From Fibrobacterales bacterium (GTDB lineage Bacteria; Fibrobacterota; Fibrobacteria; Fibrobacterales; JAOPTW01): a stretch of DNA of 64,000 nucleotides. The stretch covers positions 32,001 to 96,000 of the forward strand of contig JAOPTX010000032.1 of NCBI GenBank assembly GCA_051532055.1, read 5' to 3'. Numbering within the stretch: the stretch's first letter is position 1; the number at the start of each line of letters is the position of its first letter. Both the position numbers and the translations under genes were made by a program. This document shows positions 37,027 through 45,964 of the stretch, piece by piece. The notes below the pieces were generated by a model. It was given only the letters and a program-made list of their open reading frames with translations, did no database searches and was not told the DNA's origin.

Positions 37027-39906
37027 ATGGCAGATTGGCAGATTGGACAACGTTGGTTAAGTGAAGCAGAGCCCGAACTCGGACTTGGTGCCGTTATTGA
37101 ATTAGCTGGTAAAACAGTTAAACTTGAGTTCCCCGCAGTGAATGAAATACGAATGTATGTTCAAGAAAACGCTCCACTCCGCCGCTATGCACTATCAGTC
37201 GGCGACACCATACAAAGTCTCAGTGGGCTCAGTGAAGTTGTCACTGAAATCAAAAAGCAGAATGGCCTCCGCTTCTTTTTTTGTGGTGATGAAATGATAC
37301 CTGAAACCGAAATCGCCTATTCAGCAACCATCCCTAAAGATGAACTTCTCGACAAAATTCTTCATCTTGAATTTGATTCTAATGATGCCTATGAGCTCCG
37401 AATTAAAGCACATGAAATAAACCGAGAGATTATCGGATCGCGCACTCGAGGACTTATCGGCCCTAAAGTAAGCCTGATTCCCCACCAATTTTATATCGCC
37501 GACTCTTCTGTGACTAAAAATCGCCTCCCTCGAAAGCTCCTTGCCGACGAAGTCGGTCTTGGAAAAACTATCGAAGCGGGCCTCATTTACCATCAGCTCA
37601 AACTTACAAGTCGGGTGACAAAAACGTTAATTCTTACCCCCCCTTCTCTTAAACACCAATGGATGGTTGAGCTCTATAGACGCTTTAATCAAATGTTTAC
37701 CATCATTGATGAAGAGGCTGTTGAAGCACTCTGTGGCCCCGATGAAGACACCAACCCCTTTGAAAGTGCACAAGAAATCTTATGTGACATTGACTACCTT
37801 ATTGAGACTCCCGACGTAATGGAAGACCTCCTCAATACTAAATTCGATCTCCTCATAGTCGATGAAGCACACCACTACGAACTCGATTCCCCCGAAACTG
37901 CAGCCCAGTATGCGCTTTTAAAAGCACTATGCGATCGCACACCAGGAGTCCTCCTCCTTACTGCAACTCCCGAGCAGCTCAATCCAGTCTCTCACTTTAA
38001 TCGATTACAACTCCTCGATCCGCTCAAATACAGCACCTTCGAAGAGTGGCAAGAGAATCGAACCCACTATTCAGAACTCGCGCACACCCTTGAAGCGCTC
38101 CTACAAAGTCATATTGATGGGCATACTATTACTTGGAAAGACCTCATTGAAGCATTCCCCAATGATAATCGTATACATGCCCTTGCAGAGAGTACCGAAC
38201 ACAATTTTAGACCTCAAGATGTCATTCGTCATCTTATTGATACTATGGGTACCGGTGAAGTTATGGTTCGTAATACTCGAGCAGCCATTGGTGGTTTTCC
38301 CGGCCGTGCGGTCCATGGATATGCTCTCGACCTTTCGACAGAGTATCGAGACGCAGTCACAAAGTATCAAGCTGTTGATACCTCACTCGGCTTTGCCATT
38401 AACAATTTTATGGCTCTCGATAGTGACGCATTTAAAAAAACCACCAATCCACTCCCTAAGAAAACAACCCTCAGTCAACTCTGGCTTAAAGACGAACGAG
38501 TCGTTTGGCTTGCCCAATTTCTTGAGGCCAATCACAATAAAAAAATCCTTTGTATTTGCGCCCACAAGCAAACCGTTCTTGCCCTCAAAGAGGCTATTGA
38601 TAGAATTTATAAAATCAATATCGCTCTCTTTTACGAAGAGATGTCACTGGTTGCTCGTGACCGCGCAGCTGCATGGTTTGCAGAAGATGAAGGGGCACGG
38701 CTTCTCATCGCTTCAGAAATAGGCAGTGAAGGGCGTAACTTCCAGTTCTCTCACGACCTTGTACTCTTTGACCTCATGCCTGAACCAGGTGTTATTGATC
38801 AACGTATTGGACGACTCGATAGAATCGGACAAACAGAAACCATCAACATCCATGTTCCCTATGTTGCCGGAACCGCTCTTGAAGCGCTCTTTACCTGGCA
38901 CCATAGCGGTCTCAACTCTCTGAACTTCCCTATTCTTGGGGGCGACACACTGTACCACACCTTTTTTGATCAACTCCATCACTTTTTGGCCAATGGGGTG
39001 GATGACTCCTTCTCATCATTTATTGAATCAGTACAAAAAGAAACTGCATCAGTCAGACAGACTCTTGAAGAAGGGCGTGATAAACTCCTCGAGCTTAACT
39101 CATTTGACAAAGAGTATACCGAGAAACTCCTGGACTCAATAAAAGAACAGGATGAGAGTGGTAATACACAAGAATTTGCCTTTGATGTACTTTCACATAT
39201 TGGGCTCGATATTGAAAAAGCACCCCACCCCTATTCATGGGTCTTTTTACCTAATGCACAAATGAAAATTGATTCGTTCCCTGGCATTCCGGAAGAAGGC
39301 CTTACGGTAACAACCAGCCGAGAGCAAGCACTCGTTCGTGATGACCTCGCCTACCTCAGTACCGACCACCCAGTAACTCTAGCTGCACTTGATATGACCT
39401 TAGGCACCACTGCTGGTCAAGCCGCTTTTGTTACCTGGAAAAAATCGCCCAAAAGTGGCCTCTACTTTGAGTTCTCTTTTACCTGGCATGTATCATCGAG
39501 TCCAGAATGGGGTGTACAACACCTTCTCGTTCCTCAAAACTATCACATGGTATTTGATGTAACAGGCAAAGAGTTTTCTACCCTTAATTTTGCAGAAGAG
39601 CTCATTGATGATGGACAACCAGCAATGCTTGAACCATATATTGAACTCATCGACTCCCTCGTGCCTAATTTGAAAAACCACGCATATACCTTATTACAAG
39701 AACGGGTAGAGATGGAAAAAGTCACCATGACTGAAGAAGTTGCCAAAAGTTTTAGTAGTGATCTAGAGCGGGTACAATTCTTTTGCGAAGGAAGCGATGT
39801 TAAAAAAGAGATTGCGCTTATTAAGAATAAAATTGCAACACTCAGCCAAGCAATCAGTTCGACCGACATCCAATTAGATGGTATCCGAATTGTTCTAGCA
39901 GAGTAA
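37027..39906 (+). CDS. rapA: RNA polymerase-associated SNF2 ATPase RapA (HepA)
   Basis: IGQRWLSEAEPELGLG, LLADEVGLGKTIEAG, DEAHH, LLTATPEQ, SEIGSEGRNFQF, QRIGRLDRIGQ; likely start ATG 37027. Confidence 0.95.
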   Translation: MADWQIGQRWLSEAEPELGLGAVIELAGKTVKLEFPAVNEIRMYVQENAPLRRYALSVGDTIQSLSGLSEVVTEIKKQNGLRFFFCGDEMIPETEIAYSATIPKDELLDKILHLEFDSNDAYELRIKAHEINREIIGSRTRGLIGPKVSLIPHQFYIADSSVTKNRLPRKLLADEVGLGKTIEAGLIYHQLKLTSRVTKTLILTPPSLKHQWMVELYRRFNQMFTIIDEEAVEALCGPDEDTNPFESAQEILCDIDYLIETPDVMEDLLNTKFDLLIVDEAHHYELDSPETAAQYALLKALCDRTPGVLLLTATPEQLNPVSHFNRLQLLDPLKYSTFEEWQENRTHYSELAHTLEALLQSHIDGHTITWKDLIEAFPNDNRIHALAESTEHNFRPQDVIRHLIDTMGTGEVMVRNTRAAIGGFPGRAVHGYALDLSTEYRDAVTKYQAVDTSLGFAINNFMALDSDAFKKTTNPLPKKTTLSQLWLKDERVVWLAQFLEANHNKKILCICAHKQTVLALKEAIDRIYKINIALFYEEMSLVARDRAAAWFAEDEGARLLIASEIGSEGRNFQFSHDLVLFDLMPEPGVIDQRIGRLDRIGQTETINIHVPYVAGTALEALFTWHHSGLNSLNFPILGGDTLYHTFFDQLHHFLANGVDDSFSSFIESVQKETASVRQTLEEGRDKLLELNSFDKEYTEKLLDSIKEQDESGNTQEFAFDVLSHIGLDIEKAPHPYSWVFLPNAQMKIDSFPGIPEEGLTVTTSREQALVRDDLAYLSTDHPVTLAALDMTLGTTAGQAAFVTWKKSPKSGLYFEFSFTWHVSSSPEWGVQHLLVPQNYHMVFDVTGKEFSTLNFAEELIDDGQPAMLEPYIELIDSLVPNLKNHAYTLLQERVEMEKVTMTEEVAKSFSSDLERVQFFCEGSDVKKEIALIKNKIATLSQAISSTDIQLDGIRIVLAE

Positions 39907-39920
39907 ATAGGTACTATTTT

Positions 39921-40460
39921 TTATATAGGAATTGCTATGCGAGGGCGATTTGAGAACCATTTCATTCGAGAAAAGAATGTCATATACTCAATGATCAGCA
40001 TGATATTGAGTGCAAGAGCCAGAAGCGACTGCAGGCCAAAGAGTTGTTTGGAAGTTGCAATATGCTCTTCTATCTCGTATGCATCAAGTACAAGATAAGG
40101 CGAATCAATATCAGTCACTAAATAGCGACCAAATATGGTTTTCTTAGCAAATACTCGTACTGCATCGTGTAAATTAAGCGCCAATTCGAACTCTTGTGCA
40201 TTCGATGGGTCCAGCATAAGGTCAAACTTAAGCTCATTACTAAACTTAAAAGAATACCGATTCGTTATTTGCTTAGAAATAGTAGTCAGATGACCATACA
40301 CCATAATTGTTGGAGACGTATCAGCTCTATCAATAATTAAGTAATTCAATGCTGAATAACTAAATAAAATAGTGACCAATAGCATTAATACCAAGCACCA
40401 AATACGATTTATTACTCTTCTAAAGGCTCTACGGAGAATGAATACGTCTGAATGTGCCAT
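39921..40460 (-). CDS. hypothetical two-TM membrane protein
   Basis: Two hydrophobic segments; 1-bp overlap with the GT2 gene. Confidence 0.6.
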   Translation of the reverse strand: MAHSDVFILRRAFRRVINRIWCLVLMLLVTILFSYSALNYLIIDRADTSPTIMVYGHLTTISKQITNRYSFKFSNELKFDLMLDPSNAQEFELALNLHDAVRVFAKKTIFGRYLVTDIDSPYLVLDAYEIEEHIATSKQLFGLQSLLALALNIMLIIEYMTFFSRMKWFSNRPRIAIPI

Positions 40461-41164
40461 TAAATATTATCGCGTCCGGTTATAAGCTTCTTGATATAAT
40501 ACCGTATAGGGTTACGATATTTCTCTTTTTTCCACGGTCGGCTACTGTGCGGGCGGTGGTATACTCTTTGGTTTAGTAGTATATAATTTTTATACCCAAA
40601 ACTCCGTGCTTTTTTTGATAATTCAACATCAAACCACGATTTTTTTGGATGGAGCTCCTCTATCGGAAATTGAGATAAAAAAGTATCCGTTATGAGCGTG
40701 CAACAAAAAGAGACCCTTTTATGCGTTTCAACAATCTCTCCTGTATGTTTACCCACATATTCATAAGGATAACAGACTGCATTATGCTCATCAACCGTCA
40801 CCGCCCCGACCATTCCTGGCTTATCTGCATTACGAGAAAATTCATAAAGTTCCTCTATTGTCGATTTTTCGATGCGTACATCCGACTCAATAAAAAGAAT
40901 CGCTCTTCCTTTACGCCTTTGGGCAAGCTCTTGTAAGAGATGCCATTGATTTGGTGAATCACCAGCCCCAATCTCTTTCGCGGTGATAAGAGAAAGAGAA
41001 TAAAAAGTAGCGGCATTTTTAAGCCATTCCCTGGTTTCATCTCCAGAGTGGTCATCAAAGAGTAAATACTCACTATCGCCTTTATAAGCAACCACTGTTT
41101 CAATGGTCTCACGTGCGGTATTGAGAGAATCTTTGACAGGTGTGACAATCAAAATTGGTAACAA
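40460..41164 (-). CDS. glycosyltransferase family 2
   Basis: IVTPVKD, FDDHSGD, FIESDV, SFCCTLI, WFDV. Confidence 0.8.
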   Translation of the reverse strand: MLPILIVTPVKDSLNTARETIETVVAYKGDSEYLLFDDHSGDETREWLKNAATFYSLSLITAKEIGAGDSPNQWHLLQELAQRRKGRAILFIESDVRIEKSTIEELYEFSRNADKPGMVGAVTVDEHNAVCYPYEYVGKHTGEIVETHKRVSFCCTLITDTFLSQFPIEELHPKKSWFDVELSKKARSFGYKNYILLNQRVYHRPHSSRPWKKEKYRNPIRYYIKKLITGRDNI

Positions 41165-41259
41165 TTGTACTCACTCATGCTCAAATTAAGCATATTAGAC
41201 AGGAATTCATACACCATTTATAGTATACTTTACACAGAGCGACAACTAAAAATGGGACC

Positions 41260-42279
41260 ATGTCAGAGTTTAGACAAAACGTTACAACGGGAGAATGGGT
41301 AATCATATCCAAAGAACGTGCTGCACGCCCGGAAGATTTTAAATGTTCACTTTCGGCCGAACGTGATTCCCTTTCAAATTATGATGTTGATTGCCCGTTC
41401 TGCAAAGGCAATGAGCACAAAGCAACGGAAAAGACTCACCAAATCGGCGAAGACCACAACTGGTCCATTCGAGTTTTTCCCAATAAATTTGCGGCCCTTA
41501 ATACTCAAGCCAATCCAAGAAGAGTGAGTAATGGAATGCACCTCACTGCTGGTGGCTATGGAATTTCAGAGGTAATTGTCGAATCCCCGTTACATAATGC
41601 AAATCCTGCACTTATGTCGGCCTGCCACATTGAAGATATTCTTACTGCCTATAAAGAGCGCTACACAGCCATTACCTCAGATTTAAATATATCAATGGTC
41701 AATATATTTAGAAATCATGGACCTACTGCAGGTGCCTCACTCAACCACCCCCATTCACAAATTATTGGGAGTATGGTTTCGACACCAGCAATTAACGAGC
41801 AAATAAATTATGCACGCCGTGCATCAAATACCTGGGGTACCTGTGTCTACTGTGACCTCATTACTTTTGAGCTCAAAGAAAAAGAGCGCATTATTGCCGA
41901 ATCTGAGCACTTTATTGCTCTTTCGCCATTCGCTTCACGCTCACCCTTTGAGACCCGCATCTACCCCAAAAGACATCAATCACACTATAACGAAATTTCA
42001 AGTGTAGAGATTATAGACTTAGCTACAGTCCTAAAATCGGCCCTGGGCAAGCTCTATGTTTGTCTTGACAATCCAGATTATAATTATATAATCAGATCTA
42101 TGACGACAAAAGATGGGGAAGTCCCCTACTATCATTGGTATGTAGTAATCATACCTAAGATATCAAAAGTCGCCGGATTTGAAATTGGCAGTGGTATTTA
42201 TATCAATACAGCTATACCGGAGATGTGCGCACAGGCCCTCCGTGAGGCGAATGAACCGGAGGTAACCTGTGGAGAATAG
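41260..42279 (+). CDS. galT: galactose-1-phosphate uridylyltransferase
   Basis: CPFC, PNKF, EVIVESP, NHGPTAGASLNHPHSQ, AGFEIGSG. Confidence 0.93.
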   Translation: MSEFRQNVTTGEWVIISKERAARPEDFKCSLSAERDSLSNYDVDCPFCKGNEHKATEKTHQIGEDHNWSIRVFPNKFAALNTQANPRRVSNGMHLTAGGYGISEVIVESPLHNANPALMSACHIEDILTAYKERYTAITSDLNISMVNIFRNHGPTAGASLNHPHSQIIGSMVSTPAINEQINYARRASNTWGTCVYCDLITFELKEKERIIAESEHFIALSPFASRSPFETRIYPKRHQSHYNEISSVEIIDLATVLKSALGKLYVCLDNPDYNYIIRSMTTKDGEVPYYHWYVVIIPKISKVAGFEIGSGIYINTAIPEMCAQALREANEPEVTCGE

Positions 42280-42622
42280 AAGACTCAAGCGGAAACATCT
42301 TATCTACTATTTACGAATATTTTTTGCACACAATCGCGAATTGGTAGGTCATCTAGTAGATATTACGACGGAAGGCATCATGGTCATCAGTGAAGAGCCT
42401 ATAGAAAACAACACTGTCTACGAATTTGCTATGGACCTCCCAGAAGAGATCGCAGGCAAAAAAGAGATGCATTTTAAGGCGAAATGTGTGTGGGCCACAA
42501 ATGCTTCAAATCCTGATTTCTACGACTCGGGCTTCACCTTAGTCGATGCAAGTGAAGAGAACCTTCTCATCATTAAAACACTTGTACAAATTTTTGGATT
42601 TGGTTCGGAAAAAGAGGGTTAA
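42269..42622 (+). CDS. PilZ domain protein
   Basis: RRLKR (RxxxR) and DITTEG (DxS/TxxG) motifs; GTG start overlapping galT. Confidence 0.82.
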   Translation: MENRRLKRKHLIYYLRIFFAHNRELVGHLVDITTEGIMVISEEPIENNTVYEFAMDLPEEIAGKKEMHFKAKCVWATNASNPDFYDSGFTLVDASEENLLIIKTLVQIFGFGSEKEG

Positions 42623-42704
42623 CAGCAAACCCTCTCTGTGTATCCTCAAGATATGATTGTATCTTAAGGCTTATCACATTCACAACATAAATGAGCGCAT
42701 ACCA

Positions 42705-43874
42705 ATGCCCTATCGCGTACTACCCATTTTAAAAATAGTCCCTCTGATATTTTTTCTCTTTACTGCCTGCTCAACTCCAAAAGAGGTTATCGTAGACCGC
42801 TATGCCAATGGGGTTAAAAAAAAAGTGACGGTACTCGAAGACACGATCATCACCACTATAAAAACATATCATTTTAACGCTCTTCGTGCAACTGAGTTAG
42901 AAGTCGTTAATGGGCGACCGCATGGACGCTTCCAATCCTGGAGATCTGACGGCACACTCAACCAAACAGGAGAATATATCTATGGCAAAAAAGAGGGACT
43001 CTGGTTGGAATGGTATGGAGCAGAACGTCCATTACAAGAACAATCTTATATAGATGGTATACAAGAAGGCCCCTTCAAAAAATTCTATCCATCAGGATCA
43101 CTTTGGGTCACGGGAACATACATAAACAACCTCCCTCGTAGAACCCACACCACTTACTATAGAAGTGGCTCTATAAAAAACATTAATGGCTGTTTTGAAC
43201 CTGCGAGTCAAACCTATACTGCATATTTTGAGAGTGGTGCCTTACAAGAAAACTACCTCTGCAATGACTCGCTCAAAACAGACCTCTACCGAGCTTACTA
43301 CAGTAATGGGCAAACCCGTATCTCTGGATTTTTTAAAAATGGAAAGCCCGAAGCAATCTGGTCATACTATACCATTTCAGGTACAATCACTTCACTAGAG
43401 AGTTATTACAACAACCAAAAACATGGCCTCTTTACCCGCTTTTCAGCAACAGGGGATACCCTTGCTCGGGCCTTTTTCCACAATGGGTCAGGTATCCTCA
43501 TCACCCAATGCCCCCACAACCTCCACCAAACCTGTAGCGACTCCACCTGGGTTAATGGACTACTCCACGGCATGATTTCATACTCCGATACCACACAACA
43601 GGTTCGACATATTGAACAGTGGAACCAGGGTGTTAAACTTCATGAGAAGAAATACCGTAATGGCACCCTTGTTTTAGAAGGAGGCTACTTAAATAATAGA
43701 CGAGAAGGCCCTTGGAATATTTACTATCAAAGTGGAGTTATTAAAGAGCGACTCAATTTTAAAGATGATGACTATATTGGACTACAACAGTTATATGACT
43801 CTACAGGTACCCTTACCATGAAGCGCCACCACTATGGTAAAGGGAAAAAAGTTGAAGTGGAAATTGTTAAATAA
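42705..43874 (+). CDS. MORN-variant repeat lipoprotein (YwqK-like repeats)
   Basis: FTAC lipobox; repeated G.W..YY.SG...G.Y..G motifs; start probably ATG 42705. Confidence 0.8.
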   Translation: MPYRVLPILKIVPLIFFLFTACSTPKEVIVDRYANGVKKKVTVLEDTIITTIKTYHFNALRATELEVVNGRPHGRFQSWRSDGTLNQTGEYIYGKKEGLWLEWYGAERPLQEQSYIDGIQEGPFKKFYPSGSLWVTGTYINNLPRRTHTTYYRSGSIKNINGCFEPASQTYTAYFESGALQENYLCNDSLKTDLYRAYYSNGQTRISGFFKNGKPEAIWSYYTISGTITSLESYYNNQKHGLFTRFSATGDTLARAFFHNGSGILITQCPHNLHQTCSDSTWVNGLLHGMISYSDTTQQVRHIEQWNQGVKLHEKKYRNGTLVLEGGYLNNRREGPWNIYYQSGVIKERLNFKDDDYIGLQQLYDSTGTLTMKRHHYGKGKKVEVEIVK

Positions 43875-43877
43875 TGA

Positions 43878-44630
43878 CTACTCTTCAACCCATGCTTTAT
43901 AGTCACTAAAAGCCTGTTTGACCAACGCATTGAGGTCTGCAAACTGTTTCGAAAATGGTGGGTACTTACCCCCTGGAATACCAAGCATATCATGAAGTAC
44001 CATCACCTGACCATCACATAATTTACCTGCACCGCATCCAATAGTAGGGATCGATATTTTATCACTAATAAGACCGCCCAGTGCATCAGGAATATGCTCA
44101 AGCACTATGGCAATTGCCCCGAGCTGTTGTAACTGAAGAGCATCATCAATCATCTGTTCAGCTTCACTATCACTCTTGCCCACTTGCTTAAGACTTGTAG
44201 CTGTTTGAGGGGTGAGTCCTAAATGACCCACTACATCAATACCTTTTTCAGTAAGGGCTTTAATCTGGTCAAACTTAGTGCCTTCTATTTTTACCGAATG
44301 AGCGCCTGCCGCAACAAGCTTCTGACCATTTTCAAGCGCCAGCTCTACTGAACTATCTGACTGATAGGGCATATCGCTGATTATATGTGTATTCCGAGCA
44401 CCACGAGCAACTGCAGCTGTAGAGAGAATCATCTCTTCCATACCGATATCACGAGTTGAGCCATGACCCCAGACCACATTTGCCGCAGAGTCACCCACTA
44501 AAATTGCATCAATTTGTACCTCTTCAAGCAACCGCGCAAAATTAACATCATACGCCGTCAACACAGAAATCTTCTGTCCACTCTTTTTCTGATGAATAAA
44601 ATCAATTGGCTTCAACATACACACCTCCAT
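43878..44630 (-). CDS. panB: 3-methyl-2-oxobutanoate hydroxymethyltransferase
   Basis: LTAYD, ILVGDS, DMPY, VKIEG, GHLGLTPQ, PTIGCGAG, DGQVMVLHDMLG. Confidence 0.95.
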   Translation of the reverse strand: MEVCMLKPIDFIHQKKSGQKISVLTAYDVNFARLLEEVQIDAILVGDSAANVVWGHGSTRDIGMEEMILSTAAVARGARNTHIISDMPYQSDSSVELALENGQKLVAAGAHSVKIEGTKFDQIKALTEKGIDVVGHLGLTPQTATSLKQVGKSDSEAEQMIDDALQLQQLGAIAIVLEHIPDALGGLISDKISIPTIGCGAGKLCDGQVMVLHDMLGIPGGKYPPFSKQFADLNALVKQAFSDYKAWVEE

Positions 44631-44670
44631 TTAACCCTCAAAAACATAGAAAATTCCCCATGAAAGCAAA

Positions 44671-44772
44671 CTCTACCAAAGGCAAACAAGCAGACAATAT
44701 CAAGTAATGTTTGCCAAAGGCAAACGAATAACTCTAACCCTAGCAACGTTCGCAAAGCGAACGAGCAGACAA
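44671..44772. repeat. three REP-like short hairpins at 38-bp period
   Basis: AAA loops at 44678, 44716, 44754: GTTTGCC-AAA-GGCAAAC, CGTTCGC-AAA-GCGAACG and a decayed CTCTACC-AAA-GGCAAAC; AGCAGACAA follows units 1 and 3. Confidence 0.5.
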
Positions 44773-44779
44773 AAAACGA

Positions 44780-44885
44780 TTAATGAGCGTATAAATACTC
44801 AGATATGAGGCATTTTTTGCGACTGCGTACGCGAGTACGTCGAGTGAAAAATAACGAAGTAGATGAGCGTTTATACGCTCATTAA
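44780..44885. mobile_element. palindromic MITE/RPE-like element
   Basis: Perfect 16-bp terminal inverted repeats TTAATGAGCGTATAAA / TTTATACGCTCATTAA; inner hairpin CGTAC-GCGA-GTACG. Confidence 0.6.
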
Positions 44886-45142
44886 ATTCCGAGAGAGTTT
44901 AGGGTGTCGACAATCGACGTGAGCGTCTTAGCTATTTTCGGATGGCTCTCCTCAAAGTTATGCACTGCCTGCTCAACACTCGCCCCAATCGAATCATTCT
45001 CTGCTTCAGCAGGGTCAAGATGCTTTTTAATATCACCAACGAGTACTTCAAGCTGTTCTTTTGAAAAAGAGTCAAGCTCAGATTGACTGTCTAATTCCGT
45101 GTTAAGGTCTTGGAGTAGTTCTTTCAAACGATCGGCAGGCAT
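44882..45142 (-). CDS. DUF4404-like small helical protein
   Basis: ATG 45142 after GAGGA; C-terminal FEESHPKIA...IVDTLNSLGI. Confidence 0.8.
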   Translation of the reverse strand: MPADRLKELLQDLNTELDSQSELDSFSKEQLEVLVGDIKKHLDPAEAENDSIGASVEQAVHNFEESHPKIAKTLTSIVDTLNSLGI

Positions 45143-45202
45143 AGAGTCCTCAAAGGTAAGTGATGTAGTTCTATTATACATCTTAAAGCACAGAGTGGCA
45201 AG

Positions 45203-45964
45203 TTAAAATGCACGCACCGTTTTAAGATATTCATAGGATTTCACAAGGTGCATACTCTCACTATGAAGGGATAAAAAAGTAAAAAGAAGTTCTTCGAGTC
45301 TCGGAAGATAGAGAATAAGCTCTTTTGGATATCCCCCTTGTCTCTTGCTTGACCCAACATGGCATATCGCTACCGCGAGCGCCCTAGACTTCTCAGTCGA
45401 ATGTTCAGCGCAGGCATTACAGATACACCCACCCCGCTCTATGGAAAAATGTACCGGGTCACGAAGAAGGTGCATGCACTCTATGCAATACTCAGTATTA
45501 ATTTCAAAGCCATAAATTCGAGAGACATGAACTAAATAGCGACACAATATTAAATAGGACCGTTCTACAGAGAGTTCGGGTTGCTCAGTCAAAAAATCAA
45601 GACCTCGACTCAGCAGTTCAAAAAGCTCTTCTGCTCCCAGTTTTCCGTGATTACATTGCAGTACAATTTCCATCATTACTTGAGCGACTGCCGATGAAAT
45701 CATTTTTTCTGAAAGGGCACTGCGCTGCGTAATAATTGCACTCTCTTTTAAGGTATGAAGCTCTCTCGAATCACTGTAATACACTTCTAGATTGAGTGTA
45801 TTACAAAATGAGAAGTGCACACCTGTGACACTTTTTTTACGTTTTGCCCCTTTTGCCACCACCGAAATAACCCCATATTCGGCAGTCAACACACGCGCAA
45901 TGATTGAAGTTTCCCGATAGGGAATCGTATGCAATACCAATGCACTTAATTTTTGAAGCGCCAT
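45203..45964 (-). CDS. recO: DNA repair protein RecO
   Basis: VLHTIPYRETS...LTAEYG...AKGAKR; CxxC...CxxC zinc finger (CIEC, CNAC). Confidence 0.9.
   Translation of the reverse strand: MALQKLSALVLHTIPYRETSIIARVLTAEYGVISVVAKGAKRKKSVTGVHFSFCNTLNLEVYYSDSRELHTLKESAIITQRSALSEKMISSAVAQVMMEIVLQCNHGKLGAEELFELLSRGLDFLTEQPELSVERSYLILCRYLVHVSRIYGFEINTEYCIECMHLLRDPVHFSIERGGCICNACAEHSTEKSRALAVAICHVGSSKRQGGYPKELILYLPRLEELLFTFLSLHSESMHLVKSYEYLKTVRAF

Noticed and set aside
38090..38722. 210-aa alternate-frame ORF inside rapA, and 20622..21239 antisense to the TBDR
   Set aside because: No recognisable motifs and fully overlapped by well-supported genes
37027..39906. SNF2 helicase as a possible anti-phage component
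   Set aside because: It has the RapA-specific N-terminus and motifs and no defence neighbours
42705..43874. YwqK-like antitoxin interpretation
   Set aside because: Generic MORN-variant repeats on a lipoprotein with no adjacent toxin
44671..44772. Hairpin array as a CRISPR remnant
   Set aside because: The 38-bp period is too short, repeats are not identical and no cas genes are present
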